From positions 1 through 32,180 of IMG/VR virus record IMGVR_UViG_3300048578_000007: a stretch of DNA of 32,180 nucleotides, one strand, 5' to 3'. The number at the start of each line of letters is the position of its first letter. Positions within the stretch are counted from its first letter, which is position 1. The position numbers were made by a program, and so were the translations under genes. Below are positions 1 to 8,253 of the stretch, piece after piece. Below the pieces are notes generated by a model that was not told the DNA's origin, searched no databases, and worked only from the letters and a program-made list of their open reading frames with translations. This DNA is from a virus (Duplodnaviria; Caudoviricetes).

Positions 1-1
1 G

Positions 2-286
2 GATCGCCTACTGCCGGAGTGGGACAACCTCGTCGCCCTACTGCGGCACGAGATGGACGCCGCGACCGACTGGCGCGCACCCCGGACGTACGTCGAGATG
101 CAGCGCCTTCTGCACGACGGCGCCCCGTGTGACGCCTGCGACAGCACAGGGCGCGGCGCAACCTGCCCCAAGTGCAAGGGCACGGGCCGCCGCGCTGGCA
201 GCCGGTGTCGCGCCACGGGCTGCTACCGCGGCGCCGACTTCTGCCCCTCTTGCCGCGGACGCGGCTACACCACCAAGGAGTCCTGA
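2..286 (+). CDS. Phage protein with DnaJ-like Cys-rich zinc-finger repeats (5' end may be outside window)
   Basis: Frame open from base 2; CDACDSTG, CPKCKGTG, CPSCRGRG (CxxCxGxG-type) repeats; TGA overlaps next ATG. Confidence 0.7.
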   Translation, partial: DRLLPEWDNLVALLRHEMDAATDWRAPRTYVEMQRLLHDGAPCDACDSTGRGATCPKCKGTGRRAGSRCRATGCYRGADFCPSCRGRGYTTKES

Positions 287-867
287 TGGACCTCACGCAG
301 ACCATCGTCCCGAAGTCGGACCAGATCAACGCCGAGGACGTCATGGCGACCGGCCCCATCACGGTCACCGTCGAGTCCGTCAGCCGCGGGAACGCCGAGC
401 AGCCCGTCGACATCCACCTCGTCGAGTACCCCGGCCGCGCGTACCGACCCAGCAAGACCATGCGCCGCGTCCTCGTCAAGGCGTGGGGCGCCGAGTCCGA
501 CACCTACGCCGGCCACCGGATGACCCTCTACTACGACGCCGAGGTCAAGTTCGGCGGCACCAAGGTCGGCGGCATCAAGATCTCGCACGTCTCGCACATC
601 ACCAAGCGCCTCGACCTCGCGCTGACCGAGACCCGTGGCAAGCGCGTCGTGCACACCGTCCAGCCGCTCACCGAGGCCGCACGACCAGCCGCCCAGCCCA
701 AGGTCGCCACGCCGAACCTCGACGACATCACCGACATCGCCGCCCTGCGCGCCATGTGGAACGCCGACGACCCGGCCCTGTGTGAGGCCATCACGGCGCG
801 CGTGGCCGAGCTCAAGACCCTCACCGCACCCGCCGACGAGTGGCCCGATGTGGCGGTGCCGGAGTGA
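286..867 (+). CDS. Conserved phage hypothetical protein of recombination/replication modules
   Basis: AAGGAG RBS before ATG 286; MDLTQTIVPKSDQINAED...RPSKTMRRVLVKAWG...VKFGGTKVGGIKISHVSHI is a recognisable widespread phage family. Confidence 0.8.
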   Translation: MDLTQTIVPKSDQINAEDVMATGPITVTVESVSRGNAEQPVDIHLVEYPGRAYRPSKTMRRVLVKAWGAESDTYAGHRMTLYYDAEVKFGGTKVGGIKISHVSHITKRLDLALTETRGKRVVHTVQPLTEAARPAAQPKVATPNLDDITDIAALRAMWNADDPALCEAITARVAELKTLTAPADEWPDVAVPE

Positions 868-2147
868 GCGGGCGACCACGGATCCTGGACCTGTTCGCCG
901 GTCCGGGTGGCTGGGACCAGGGCCTGGCAACGCTGGGCCACCATGGCGTCCTCGGGATCGAGTGGGACAAGGCCGCGTGCGACACCGCCCTGGCCGCAGG
1001 TCACGCTCGTCTGTGGGCCGACGTGGCAGCCCTGCCCGTCGAGGCCGTCACCGCCGCATACGGCCCGTTCGATGCCCTGATCGCCTCGCCCCCGTGCCAG
1101 GCGTGGTCGATGGCAGGCAAGCGCGCCGGCGAGCTGGACCGGGCCAACTGCCACACCCTCGCTGACCGTATGGCCGCAGGCGACGACTCGACCGACTGGA
1201 CCGAGTGGGAGGACGAGCGCTCACCGCTGGTCTGCCAACCCGTTCGGTGGGCGCGCGAGCTGCGACCCCGGGCCATCGTGCTCGAGGAAGTCCCCGCCGT
1301 CGCATCCCTGTGGGAGCACTTCGCCCGCATCTTCCGCGGCTGGGGCTACAGCGTGTGGACCGGCGACCTCAACGCCGCCGACTACGGGGTGCCGCAGACG
1401 CGCACCCGCCGCATTCTCATTGCCCGCCGCGACGGCATCACCGCAGCCCCGCCCGCCCCGACGCACACGGCGCACCCGCACATCGGGGCCGACCTGTTCG
1501 GTGGCGAGCTGTCGCCGTGGGTCACGATGGCGCAGGCGCTCGGATGGTCCGAGGGCCTCGAGGTCAACACCCGAGGCGACCGCCAGACCCCTGGCGGCAA
1601 CGAGTTCTCGGCCGACCGGCCCTCGTGGGCGCTCACAGAGAAGACGCGCTCCTGGTTCGTCGCCGCCGGCGTGACCGGCGAGGGGCGCCCGAAGGACCCC
1701 GCCACGCAGCCCGCTGACACCCTCACGGGCAAGGGCACGGCGTACTGGCTCCGTATGGGGAACCAGGAGAAGTCGGCCATCCGCTCCGTCGAGGAGCCCG
1801 CCCCGACCGTCCTGTTCGGCGCCCGCTCCAACAAGGTCGAGTGGTTCTACGACCGCCCCGCCACCACCGTCGTCGGCTCGTTCAAGCCCGAGATCATCAG
1901 CCCCCCCGGCTACCGCACCGACGTGTCGCGCCAGAACGCCGAGGGTGGCGTGCGCGTCACGGTCGCCGAGGGTGGCGTGCGCGTCACGGTCGCCGAGGGT
2001 GGCGTGCTCCAGTCCTTCCCGCCCGACTACCCGTGGCAGGGATCGCGCACGAAGCAGTACCAGCAGGTCGGCAACGCCGTCCCGCCGCAGCTCGCCGCAC
2101 ACGTCCTGTCGACCGTTCTTGACGTAACCCTCCGGAGCGCCGCATGA
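864..2147 (+). CDS. DNA (cytosine-5)-methyltransferase
   Basis: Motif I DLFAGPGG, motif IV SPPCQ, motif VI LEEVP, motif VIII PQTRTR, motifs IX-X LQSFPPDY...QQVGNAVPP; GTG overlaps upstream stop. Confidence 0.93.
   Translation: MSGRPRILDLFAGPGGWDQGLATLGHHGVLGIEWDKAACDTALAAGHARLWADVAALPVEAVTAAYGPFDALIASPPCQAWSMAGKRAGELDRANCHTLADRMAAGDDSTDWTEWEDERSPLVCQPVRWARELRPRAIVLEEVPAVASLWEHFARIFRGWGYSVWTGDLNAADYGVPQTRTRRILIARRDGITAAPPAPTHTAHPHIGADLFGGELSPWVTMAQALGWSEGLEVNTRGDRQTPGGNEFSADRPSWALTEKTRSWFVAAGVTGEGRPKDPATQPADTLTGKGTAYWLRMGNQEKSAIRSVEEPAPTVLFGARSNKVEWFYDRPATTVVGSFKPEIISPPGYRTDVSRQNAEGGVRVTVAEGGVRVTVAEGGVLQSFPPDYPWQGSRTKQYQQVGNAVPPQLAAHVLSTVLDVTLRSAA
1938..2007 (+). repeat. In-frame 27-bp tandem repeat (2 full copies plus 16 bp) in the methyltransferase
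   Basis: GCCGAGGGTGGCGTGCGCGTCACGGTC at 1938-1964 and 1965-1991, partial at 1992-2007; encodes AEGGVRVTV x2. Confidence 0.95.
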
Positions 2148-2308
2148 CCATCCCCAGCATCGTCCCCACACCAGACGGCAAGCGCATCGTCGTCTGCCCC
2201 GACCCGCGCTGCATCACCCCGCACACCCCGACCGTGTTCCTCGAGGTCGCCCGCGCACAAGCCAAGCGGCACGTCTGCGAGTACGAGGGCGCTGGGGGTG
2301 CGGCATGA
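2144..2308 (+). CDS. Small hypothetical phage protein (54 aa)
   Basis: MTIPSIVPTPDGKRIVVCPDPRC...GGAA; ATGA overlaps at both ends. Confidence 0.7.
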   Translation: MTIPSIVPTPDGKRIVVCPDPRCITPHTPTVFLEVARAQAKRHVCEYEGAGGAA

Positions 2309-2688
2309 GCCCGAAGCGCGTGCAGATGTCCCGGCAGCGTCCGTGGCGGGCCGACAATCCCGACGCCGTGATCGTCGCCAGGCCGAGCAAGTGGGGCAAC
2401 GAGTTCGAGGTCTGGCGGATCCGCGGCTACGACTGGTCAGCCGAGGTCTATGACGGCGAGCGGCTCCAGATGCTCGTCAAGAACTTCGCCACCGCGGCAG
2501 AGGCCAGGCGTGCTGCGGCGGAGGCCTACAGAGCAGTGATCCTCGCCGGTCGCCGCCAGTGGTCCCTTCCGACCGTCGATGAGGTCCGCGCGGCACTTGC
2601 AGGCCGCGACCTCGCCTGCTGGTGCCCGCTCGACCAGCCCTGCCACGCCGACGTCCTGCTGGAGATCGCCAATGGAGGTGCGGCATGA
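2305..2688 (+). CDS. DUF4326 domain protein
   Basis: RPSKWGNEF and LAGRDLACWCPLDQPCHADVLLEIAN signature motifs. Confidence 0.88.
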   Translation: MSPKRVQMSRQRPWRADNPDAVIVARPSKWGNEFEVWRIRGYDWSAEVYDGERLQMLVKNFATAAEARRAAAEAYRAVILAGRRQWSLPTVDEVRAALAGRDLACWCPLDQPCHADVLLEIANGGAA

Positions 2689-3053
2689 GGACCCCCCGAC
2701 CAACCCACTGCATCGAGTGCGGCAAGCCCCTCGTCGCCACCGACTACCCCGGCCCCGCACCTGCCGGCACCGCACGCTACGGCGGCCACGGACTGTGCGG
2801 CACCGACTACGCACGCCACCGCCTCAAGGGCACCCAGCGTCCCCGGCCGGTCAAGCCGAAGCTGGTCACCCAGCACCACGCGTCCGACATTCCCACCAAC
2901 GACACCCGCGGCACGTACCTGCTGACCACACCCGAGGTCAGCCCGCAGACCGCGCGCGCCGCGTCCCTCGTCGTCTGCCGCCACGCACACGACACCGACG
3001 ACGCACGGGACCTGCTCACGGTCCTCGGGCTGCGGTGGGAGGTGACGGCATGA
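2685..3053 (+). CDS. Hypothetical phage protein with zinc-binding motif
   Basis: GGAGG RBS, ATGA overlap; CIECG...GLCGTDY. Confidence 0.7.
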   Translation: MRTPRPTHCIECGKPLVATDYPGPAPAGTARYGGHGLCGTDYARHRLKGTQRPRPVKPKLVTQHHASDIPTNDTRGTYLLTTPEVSPQTARAASLVVCRHAHDTDDARDLLTVLGLRWEVTA

Positions 3054-3319
3054 CCACGTTCACCCCACCGGCCACCCGCGGATGGTCCACACGCTGCCGT
3101 GAGTGCGGCGTCGCGTCCCCCGCCATGCAGTCCGTCGCCGGTGTGCAGAAGTGGCAGGCGGACCATGCGTGCGACCCGGCCAACGTCTCCGCCCTGGTCA
3201 TCGAGACCGCCCGCCGCATCCTCGACGCCATCGCACCCGACCCGGTCGCCGTCGTCATCCAACGCCAGACCGACGCCGTCATCGAGGCGTGCGGGAAGCG
3301 TGCGGGGGTGGCCGCATGA
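3050..3319 (+). CDS. Hypothetical phage protein
   Basis: GGAGG RBS, ATGA overlaps; CRECG...HAC. Confidence 0.7.
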   Translation: MTTFTPPATRGWSTRCRECGVASPAMQSVAGVQKWQADHACDPANVSALVIETARRILDAIAPDPVAVVIQRQTDAVIEACGKRAGVAA

Positions 3320-3678
3320 GCGCCTTCCGCCTGGTCCTGCCCATCGCGGACCTGCACAACTCCAACCACCGCGGCCACTGGTCCGTCGCAGCACGCAAGC
3401 GAGCTGCCATGCGCGAGGCCGCACGACTCGCCTGCACCGACCAGCCCCGACTGTCTGGTCCCGTCGCCCTCACGGTCACGTTCGGCTTCCCCGACCGCCG
3501 TCCCCGCGACCTGGACAACTACGAGATCAAGGGCGCCATCGACGGCGCCGTGACCGCTGGCCTGATCGACGAGGACCGCTCCACCGTCCTGCGCTCGGTC
3601 ACACGCGAGGGCGGACCCGTCTCGCCCAAGGGGTACGCGGTGCTCGTGTTCACGTTCCGACCAGCCGAGGAGAACTGA
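3316..3678 (+). CDS. RusA-like Holliday junction resolvase
   Basis: NSNHRGHW, RPRDLDNY, KGAIDGAVTAGLIDED match the RusA D-x-D-N / K-x-x-x-D / DD-type pattern. Confidence 0.8.
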   Translation: MSAFRLVLPIADLHNSNHRGHWSVAARKRAAMREAARLACTDQPRLSGPVALTVTFGFPDRRPRDLDNYEIKGAIDGAVTAGLIDEDRSTVLRSVTREGGPVSPKGYAVLVFTFRPAEEN

Positions 3679-4265
3679 TGGCCTGGTTCAAGGTCGACGA
3701 CAAGCTCTGGGGTCACCCCAAGTGGCTCGCGACACCGCCTCGTGCGCGCGCCCTGTGGGTCACGGCCGGGTCGTGGTCCGCGTCGCAGGAGACGGACGGC
3801 GTGATCGCCCGGCACGTTCTGGTGACGCTCGGCGCCCGACCAGCAGACGCCGCCGCACTCGTCACGAGCGGGCTGTGGGCGACGCACCGGCAGGGCTGGC
3901 GGTTCCACGACTGGGCGATGTTCCAGCCGGACGCCGCGAGCCTGCGGGCCAAGCGCGACAAGGAGTCCGTCGCAGGGGAGTTCGGCAACCACCAGCGGTG
4001 GCACGTGAAGCGCGACGTGATCGTTCCCGAGTGCCCGTTCTGTGCGGGCGAGGACCCGGAGGACGTATCGGGTACCCGATCGGGTGGCGATCGGGGGGGC
4101 GAATCGGGGGCGAATCCCCCGAACCCGAATCCCCCCGACCCGTACCCGAACCCGAGACCCGATCCCCCTTCACCTCGCCTTCGCGCTGTTGGAGATGGAG
4201 ACCAAGCGTCAAACGTCACTTACGTAGGGCGCGATGGTGCGCCGCTTGACGTTTGGAAGGGCTGA
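3678..4265 (+). CDS. Phage replication initiator / replisome-organiser-like protein
   Basis: MAWFKVDDKLWGHPK...ALWVTAGSWS...WRFHDWAMFQP N-terminus typical of actinophage rep proteins; Pro-rich PNPNPPDP linker. Confidence 0.75.
   Translation: MAWFKVDDKLWGHPKWLATPPRARALWVTAGSWSASQETDGVIARHVLVTLGARPADAAALVTSGLWATHRQGWRFHDWAMFQPDAASLRAKRDKESVAGEFGNHQRWHVKRDVIVPECPFCAGEDPEDVSGTRSGGDRGGESGANPPNPNPPDPYPNPRPDPPSPRLRAVGDGDQASNVTYVGRDGAPLDVWKG
4067..4255. promoter_or_regulatory. Putative replication origin (palindrome/iteron cluster) inside rep gene
   Basis: Palindromes ATCGGGTACCCGAT (4067-4080) and ACCCGATCGGGT (4074-4085), repeated GA(A)TCGGG/CCCGA, inverted repeat CAAACGTCA/TGACGTTTG (4210-4255). 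Confidence 0.5.
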
Positions 4266-4270
4266 CGAAG

Positions 4271-4714
4271 ATGCCCACAGCCGACGAGATCCAGCGCATC
4301 GCAGCCGCCATGAACGCACTACGCCCCGACTGGCGCCCGAGCTCACTCGTCACGTTCCTGACCAAGCACCACATCGGCCGCTCGTACCGGGACCTCGCCA
4401 TCGCCGGCGTCGTCGTCGCATCCGACCCGACGACCAAGACACCGCACCTGCTCAACGGGCACGGGTCCTGGTGGGTCGCAGCACAGGCCGTCATGGGATC
4501 CGCGGCCGTCATTGGCGTCCCGGCACCAGGAGCGCCGCGCTGCGAGGTTTACGGGCACGAGCACGAGGTCGCCACCCACTGTCGCGCCTGCAAGCTCGAC
4601 GCCGCCGAGACCGGTCGCTGGCCCGATGGCACCCGACACCACCAAGCCACACGCACGACCCCGCCGGTCGACCCGGCCATGCGGGCGGCGAACGCACACG
4701 GGAGCAACGCATGA
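4271..4714 (+). CDS. Hypothetical phage protein (downstream partner of rep)
   Basis: MPTADEIQRIAAAMNALRPDW...; CEVYGH...CRAC; ATGA overlap with next gene. Confidence 0.75.
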   Translation: MPTADEIQRIAAAMNALRPDWRPSSLVTFLTKHHIGRSYRDLAIAGVVVASDPTTKTPHLLNGHGSWWVAAQAVMGSAAVIGVPAPGAPRCEVYGHEHEVATHCRACKLDAAETGRWPDGTRHHQATRTTPPVDPAMRAANAHGSNA

Positions 4715-5337
4715 GCGCGACCTGCAAGGCGGGGCACGAGATGGTCCCGGACAACGTCTACGTCTACTCGGGCGATGGCACCCCCCGGTGTCGCGCATGT
4801 CGCCTCGAGAACGCCCGACGCTCGAGGCGGGAGGCGGGCATCTTCCCCCGGGTGCGGCTGCCCGAGTACCTCGAGATCCCGTGCGAGCGCTGCGGCAAGG
4901 TCCGCAGACTCAAGCGCGGCGGCACCATCGGCAAGATCTGCCTTGAGTGTCTGGCCGCTTCGAGGCGCGGTGTGCCGCGAGTGAAGTCGAACTCGACCCG
5001 CCGCCGGCCTGCTGACGACACGCCAATCATCCCGCGCGTGCCCATCGAGGACCGCCTCGCGTCGAAGTACGTGGTCGAGGACTCCGGATGCTGGCGATGG
5101 ACGGGCTCGGTCGGTTCTTCCGGCTATGGACACATCGTCGTCAACCGCCACGGCAAGTGCGCCCACAGGGCGGTCTACGAGGTGGCCGTCGGGCCGATCC
5201 CTGACGGCCTGGAGCTGGACCACCTCTGCGTCAACCGGTCCTGCGTCAATCCCGACCACCTCGAGCCGGTCACCCGTTCCGAGAACCTGCGCCGCGCACG
5301 AGCACGGCGTCAAGACGCGAAGGAGGTCTCCCGGTGA
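4711..5337 (+). CDS. HNH endonuclease (HNH_3 type) with N-terminal zinc modules
   Basis: CWRWTG...GYG...AHRAVYE...LDHLCVNRSCVNPDHLEPVTRSENLRR. Confidence 0.9.
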   Translation: MSATCKAGHEMVPDNVYVYSGDGTPRCRACRLENARRSRREAGIFPRVRLPEYLEIPCERCGKVRRLKRGGTIGKICLECLAASRRGVPRVKSNSTRRRPADDTPIIPRVPIEDRLASKYVVEDSGCWRWTGSVGSSGYGHIVVNRHGKCAHRAVYEVAVGPIPDGLELDHLCVNRSCVNPDHLEPVTRSENLRRARARRQDAKEVSR

Positions 5338-5666
5338 CCCCCGACGACCGCAACGCCGCCGCGAAGGCGCACGGGTACGACGCGCCCGGTCCCGTGTCCG
5401 TGTGCGGGCTGTGCTCGACGCAGCACCGGGGCGAGCTGGACGCGCTGCGGGAGGAGGTGGCGCGGCTGAGGGAGGAACGGGACGCGGACATCAGGCGCCG
5501 CGCCTCGGCTGATGTAGAGCGCATCGCGCGCCTGCTCTGCAACCAGCACGACTACATCCGCTGGGATCAGTCCAACGAGGCCATCCGCGACGGCTTCCGA
5601 GCCGACGCGGCAGAGGTCATCGCCGCCCTCCGCCCGGACGCTGCCACCACGGGCGGTGGTCAGTGA
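5334..5666 (+). CDS. Hypothetical phage protein
   Basis: AAGGAGG RBS, GTGA overlap; coiled-coil segment LDALREEVARLREE. Confidence 0.7.
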   Translation: MTPDDRNAAAKAHGYDAPGPVSVCGLCSTQHRGELDALREEVARLREERDADIRRRASADVERIARLLCNQHDYIRWDQSNEAIRDGFRADAAEVIAALRPDAATTGGGQ

Positions 5667-5875
5667 TGGGCCGCATCTGGATCGGTCCCGTGATGGGTGA
5701 CGACGCGGCGCTGCTCGGGATGTCGAGCACAGGGCTGGTGATGGCCGACAGCGAAGGTGTCGCGGTGATGACGGAGATCACCAACTGCCTGGTGCCGGGG
5801 ACAGTGCGCATCTCGCGGTGTGCGCTTCACTCCACGACCGAGCCGGGTTGCCGGGTATGCGAGGCGACGTCATGA
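5666..5875 (+). CDS. Hypothetical phage protein
   Basis: Coupled TGATG start; C-terminal CALH...CRVC. Confidence 0.6.
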   Translation: MGRIWIGPVMGDDAALLGMSSTGLVMADSEGVAVMTEITNCLVPGTVRISRCALHSTTEPGCRVCEATS

Positions 5876-6000
5876 CCACCCGCGCCGAAGCCCGCACGCA
5901 GCCCTGGTGGGTCACGCCCGCGCTGTTCGTGCTCTACGGGGTCGCGCGCCTCGTGTTCCGGGTCGCTGCGTGGGGAGAGCGGAAGGGGCTGGTTCCGTGA
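5872..6000 (+). CDS. Small membrane protein
   Basis: ATGA overlap; hydrophobic stretch WWVTPALFVLYGVARLVF. Confidence 0.6.
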   Translation: MTTRAEARTQPWWVTPALFVLYGVARLVFRVAAWGERKGLVP

Positions 6001-6335
6001 CGGTCCAGCTCCTCAAGCCACTGCCGGCGAAGTGGGACGGCGAGCCCGTGCGCTGGTCCGACCTCAGCCACATTCACGGGTCGATCGACTACCACTTCCG
6101 CGAGGCGTGCGAGACGTGCGGTTCGCTCGCGGCGCCCTGGTACGCGAAGGGGGAGATGCTCACCAAGGCGGACCGTTTCGGACGTCGCCACTGGTTCATC
6201 CGGTTCCTCGCGCGGCGATGCCGCGACTGCCACCACGACGTCGTGAACGACCGAACCGCCGATGAGACCTGGGACCTCGGCCCCGAGGACTACGGCCGCG
6301 AGGGCTCACACCGCATCGAGGGGAGCCTCTGGTGA
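5997..6335 (+). CDS. Conserved hypothetical actinophage protein (two CxxC)
   Basis: GTGA overlap; LPAKWDGEPVRW, CETC, CRDC, WDLGPEDYG. Confidence 0.72.
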   Translation: MTVQLLKPLPAKWDGEPVRWSDLSHIHGSIDYHFREACETCGSLAAPWYAKGEMLTKADRFGRRHWFIRFLARRCRDCHHDVVNDRTADETWDLGPEDYGREGSHRIEGSLW

Positions 6336-6559
6336 CCTTCCCCGACGACCTGCGCACCGAAGCCGCCCGACACGACGACCCCGTCGCCGGGATGCTCACC
6401 GCGTCCGCCTGGCACATCGAGCGCCTCGTCCAGCGCCTCGCAACCGCCACAGGGCAGCCAGAAGGGGCCGTGCGGTTGTCGGAGGGGCTGGGAGACCCGG
6501 GAGGCACGAAATCGCGGGAGAACAGCCCGCAGACGGCAAGGGGAGGACGAGACGCATGA
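6332..6559 (+). CDS. Hypothetical phage protein
   Basis: GGAG RBS, overlapping start/stop at both ends. Confidence 0.6.
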   Translation: MTFPDDLRTEAARHDDPVAGMLTASAWHIERLVQRLATATGQPEGAVRLSEGLGDPGGTKSRENSPQTARGGRDA

Positions 6560-6807
6560 ACGCCTGGACCGCAGCACTCACCACCGACACCATCGCCCGC
6601 TCGATCGCCGAAGCGCACATGACCTGGCTCGCCTCCGCCGAGCCCGGGTCGCGCCTCGTCCGCCACCTCGACACCAACGAGATCGGGCACGTCTACCCCG
6701 ACGTCCGCACCACGCCGATCGGGTGGGCGCTGCTCGCCACGCGGACCTCTTCGCGCCCTCACCGTCCACCGTCTGTAGCGACACCATCCACCGGGAGCAG
6801 CGCATGA
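6556..6807 (+). CDS. Hypothetical phage protein
   Basis: GGAGG RBS, ATGA overlaps. Confidence 0.6.
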   Translation: MNAWTAALTTDTIARSIAEAHMTWLASAEPGSRLVRHLDTNEIGHVYPDVRTTPIGWALLATRTSSRPHRPPSVATPSTGSSA

Positions 6808-7034
6808 CCATCATCCGACCGGCCGTCGCGCCGACACGGGTCCGGGACGAGGGGCCGAGCGCTGGGGCATACATGGCTGACGCCCCGACCATCTGGCGCG
6901 AGCCCTACCACGGCGGCTGGCGACTGACCTGCCCCGCCGGTCACACGTTCTGGTACCTGCGCGCACCCGCACCTGAGGTCATCGCGCCGTGGCTCTGTGG
7001 GCACGAGGTTCACGAGGTGGTGGTGCAGCGATGA
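6804..7034 (+). CDS. Hypothetical phage protein
   Basis: GGAG RBS, ATGA overlaps; CPAGH motif. Confidence 0.6.
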   Translation: MTIIRPAVAPTRVRDEGPSAGAYMADAPTIWREPYHGGWRLTCPAGHTFWYLRAPAPEVIAPWLCGHEVHEVVVQR

Positions 7035-7147
7035 CCAACACCCGCGCCTGCGTCGACCGGTTCGACTGGGACATCTGGATCAGCACCCCACCCGGACCGT
7101 GCGGCGACTTCGGATCCGACCTGCTTCGACGAGAGGAACTGCGATGA
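7031..7147 (+). CDS. Small hypothetical protein (38 aa)
   Basis: MTNTRACVDRFDWDIW...EELR; fills the gap exactly with ATGA overlaps on both sides. Confidence 0.55.
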   Translation: MTNTRACVDRFDWDIWISTPPGPCGDFGSDLLRREELR

Positions 7148-7386
7148 GCACCTACTGGAACGGGCTGCCGACGCTTGCCGAGCGCGGATCGGCCGAGATC
7201 GACGGTGAGCGCATCGCCGTCGTGCGCGTCGTCCTCGACGGCGTGAACTACGGCGGGGGCGAGGCGTACCTGGACGACCGTGACGGCTCCGGGTGGCGCA
7301 AGGTCACCAATGGCCTAGGACTGTCGCGCCACCGCCACCGCAACGTCGCGCCCGTGCCGGGAACGTTCGAGGCGACCGATGAGTGA
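7144..7386 (+). CDS. Hypothetical phage protein
   Basis: GAGAGG RBS; MSTYWNGLPT...YLDDRDGSGWRKVT. Confidence 0.7.
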   Translation: MSTYWNGLPTLAERGSAEIDGERIAVVRVVLDGVNYGGGEAYLDDRDGSGWRKVTNGLGLSRHRHRNVAPVPGTFEATDE

Positions 7387-7504
7387 CCCCTGGACCGGCA
7401 CGCGCTGCCCGATCTGCCCGCGCCAGTGGCCGGTCGACACCATCCGCCAGCAGTGCATCGACGAGCACGGACCAGCCCGACCAGCCACGGAGGACACCAA
7501 GTGA
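7379..7504 (+). CDS. Small C2-C/H zinc-finger-like protein (41 aa)
   Basis: MSDPWTGTRCPICPRQW...QCIDEH; overlaps neighbours. Confidence 0.5.
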   Translation: MSDPWTGTRCPICPRQWPVDTIRQQCIDEHGPARPATEDTK

Positions 7505-8253
7505 GCGAGCCGCGACAGATGACCGAGGGCGCACTCCGAGACCAGTTCCTCGACCTGGCCGAGCGGTACGAGACCGTGGCCGCGCTGGACCTGACCGCGA
7601 CGAACCCTGAGCCCACGAGGTCCAAGCCCGGGTCGCGTGTGCCGCCGGGGATGCAGGAGGTGCTCGACCAGGACGAGCTGCGGCAGTGCATCACGGCCGT
7701 GGATGACCTCGCCGCGTTCCTCGCGCACGTCCTGGCCGACGAGCTCGACGTCGCCGCATCGTCGCCAGCCACACCCCCGCGGCTGAGGCTCGCCGCTGAG
7801 CACGCCGGACACTTCATCGTCAGCGACGACCTGCCCGACACCGACGACCACGGGCTCCTCGCGCTGGGCGTGCAGGACGACGTGGCTGAGGCGCTGAGGA
7901 ACGTGCGCAGGTTGGCCGGCCGAACGGTGCGCAAGGTCCGCACCGGGCACCACTGCCACGCGGGCTGCGGGGGCCAGTACGTGTCGCCGCTGGGGACATC
8001 CGGTGACCGGCACGAGGACTCGCTGCGGTGCGAGAAGTGCGGGCATGAGGTGCCGCACGAGGTGTGGTCGAGGTGGCCGCGGGCGAGGGTGCAGTACGTG
8101 ACGGTGGACCATGCGGCCAAGATGCTCGGGATCACGGCTGGCGCGGTGAAGATGCGTGCGGCTCGAGGGCGTTGGCAGCGGGTCGGGACCGGTCGTGACG
8201 TTCGCTACTCGGTCGACGCCGTCCGTGCGTCGCTCGACGGCGGTGCGGCATGA
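7501..8253 (+). CDS. Putative late transcription regulator (zinc finger plus C-terminal HTH)
   Basis: GGAGG RBS; CHAGC...CEKC; excisionase/MerR-like HTH VTVDHAAKMLGITAGAVKMRAARG; position just before packaging module. Confidence 0.7.
   Translation: MSEPRQMTEGALRDQFLDLAERYETVAALDLTATNPEPTRSKPGSRVPPGMQEVLDQDELRQCITAVDDLAAFLAHVLADELDVAASSPATPPRLRLAAEHAGHFIVSDDLPDTDDHGLLALGVQDDVAEALRNVRRLAGRTVRKVRTGHHCHAGCGGQYVSPLGTSGDRHEDSLRCEKCGHEVPHEVWSRWPRARVQYVTVDHAAKMLGITAGAVKMRAARGRWQRVGTGRDVRYSVDAVRASLDGGAA

Noticed and set aside
864-2147. Restriction-modification system
   Set aside because: No adjacent restriction endonuclease; context is a phage early operon
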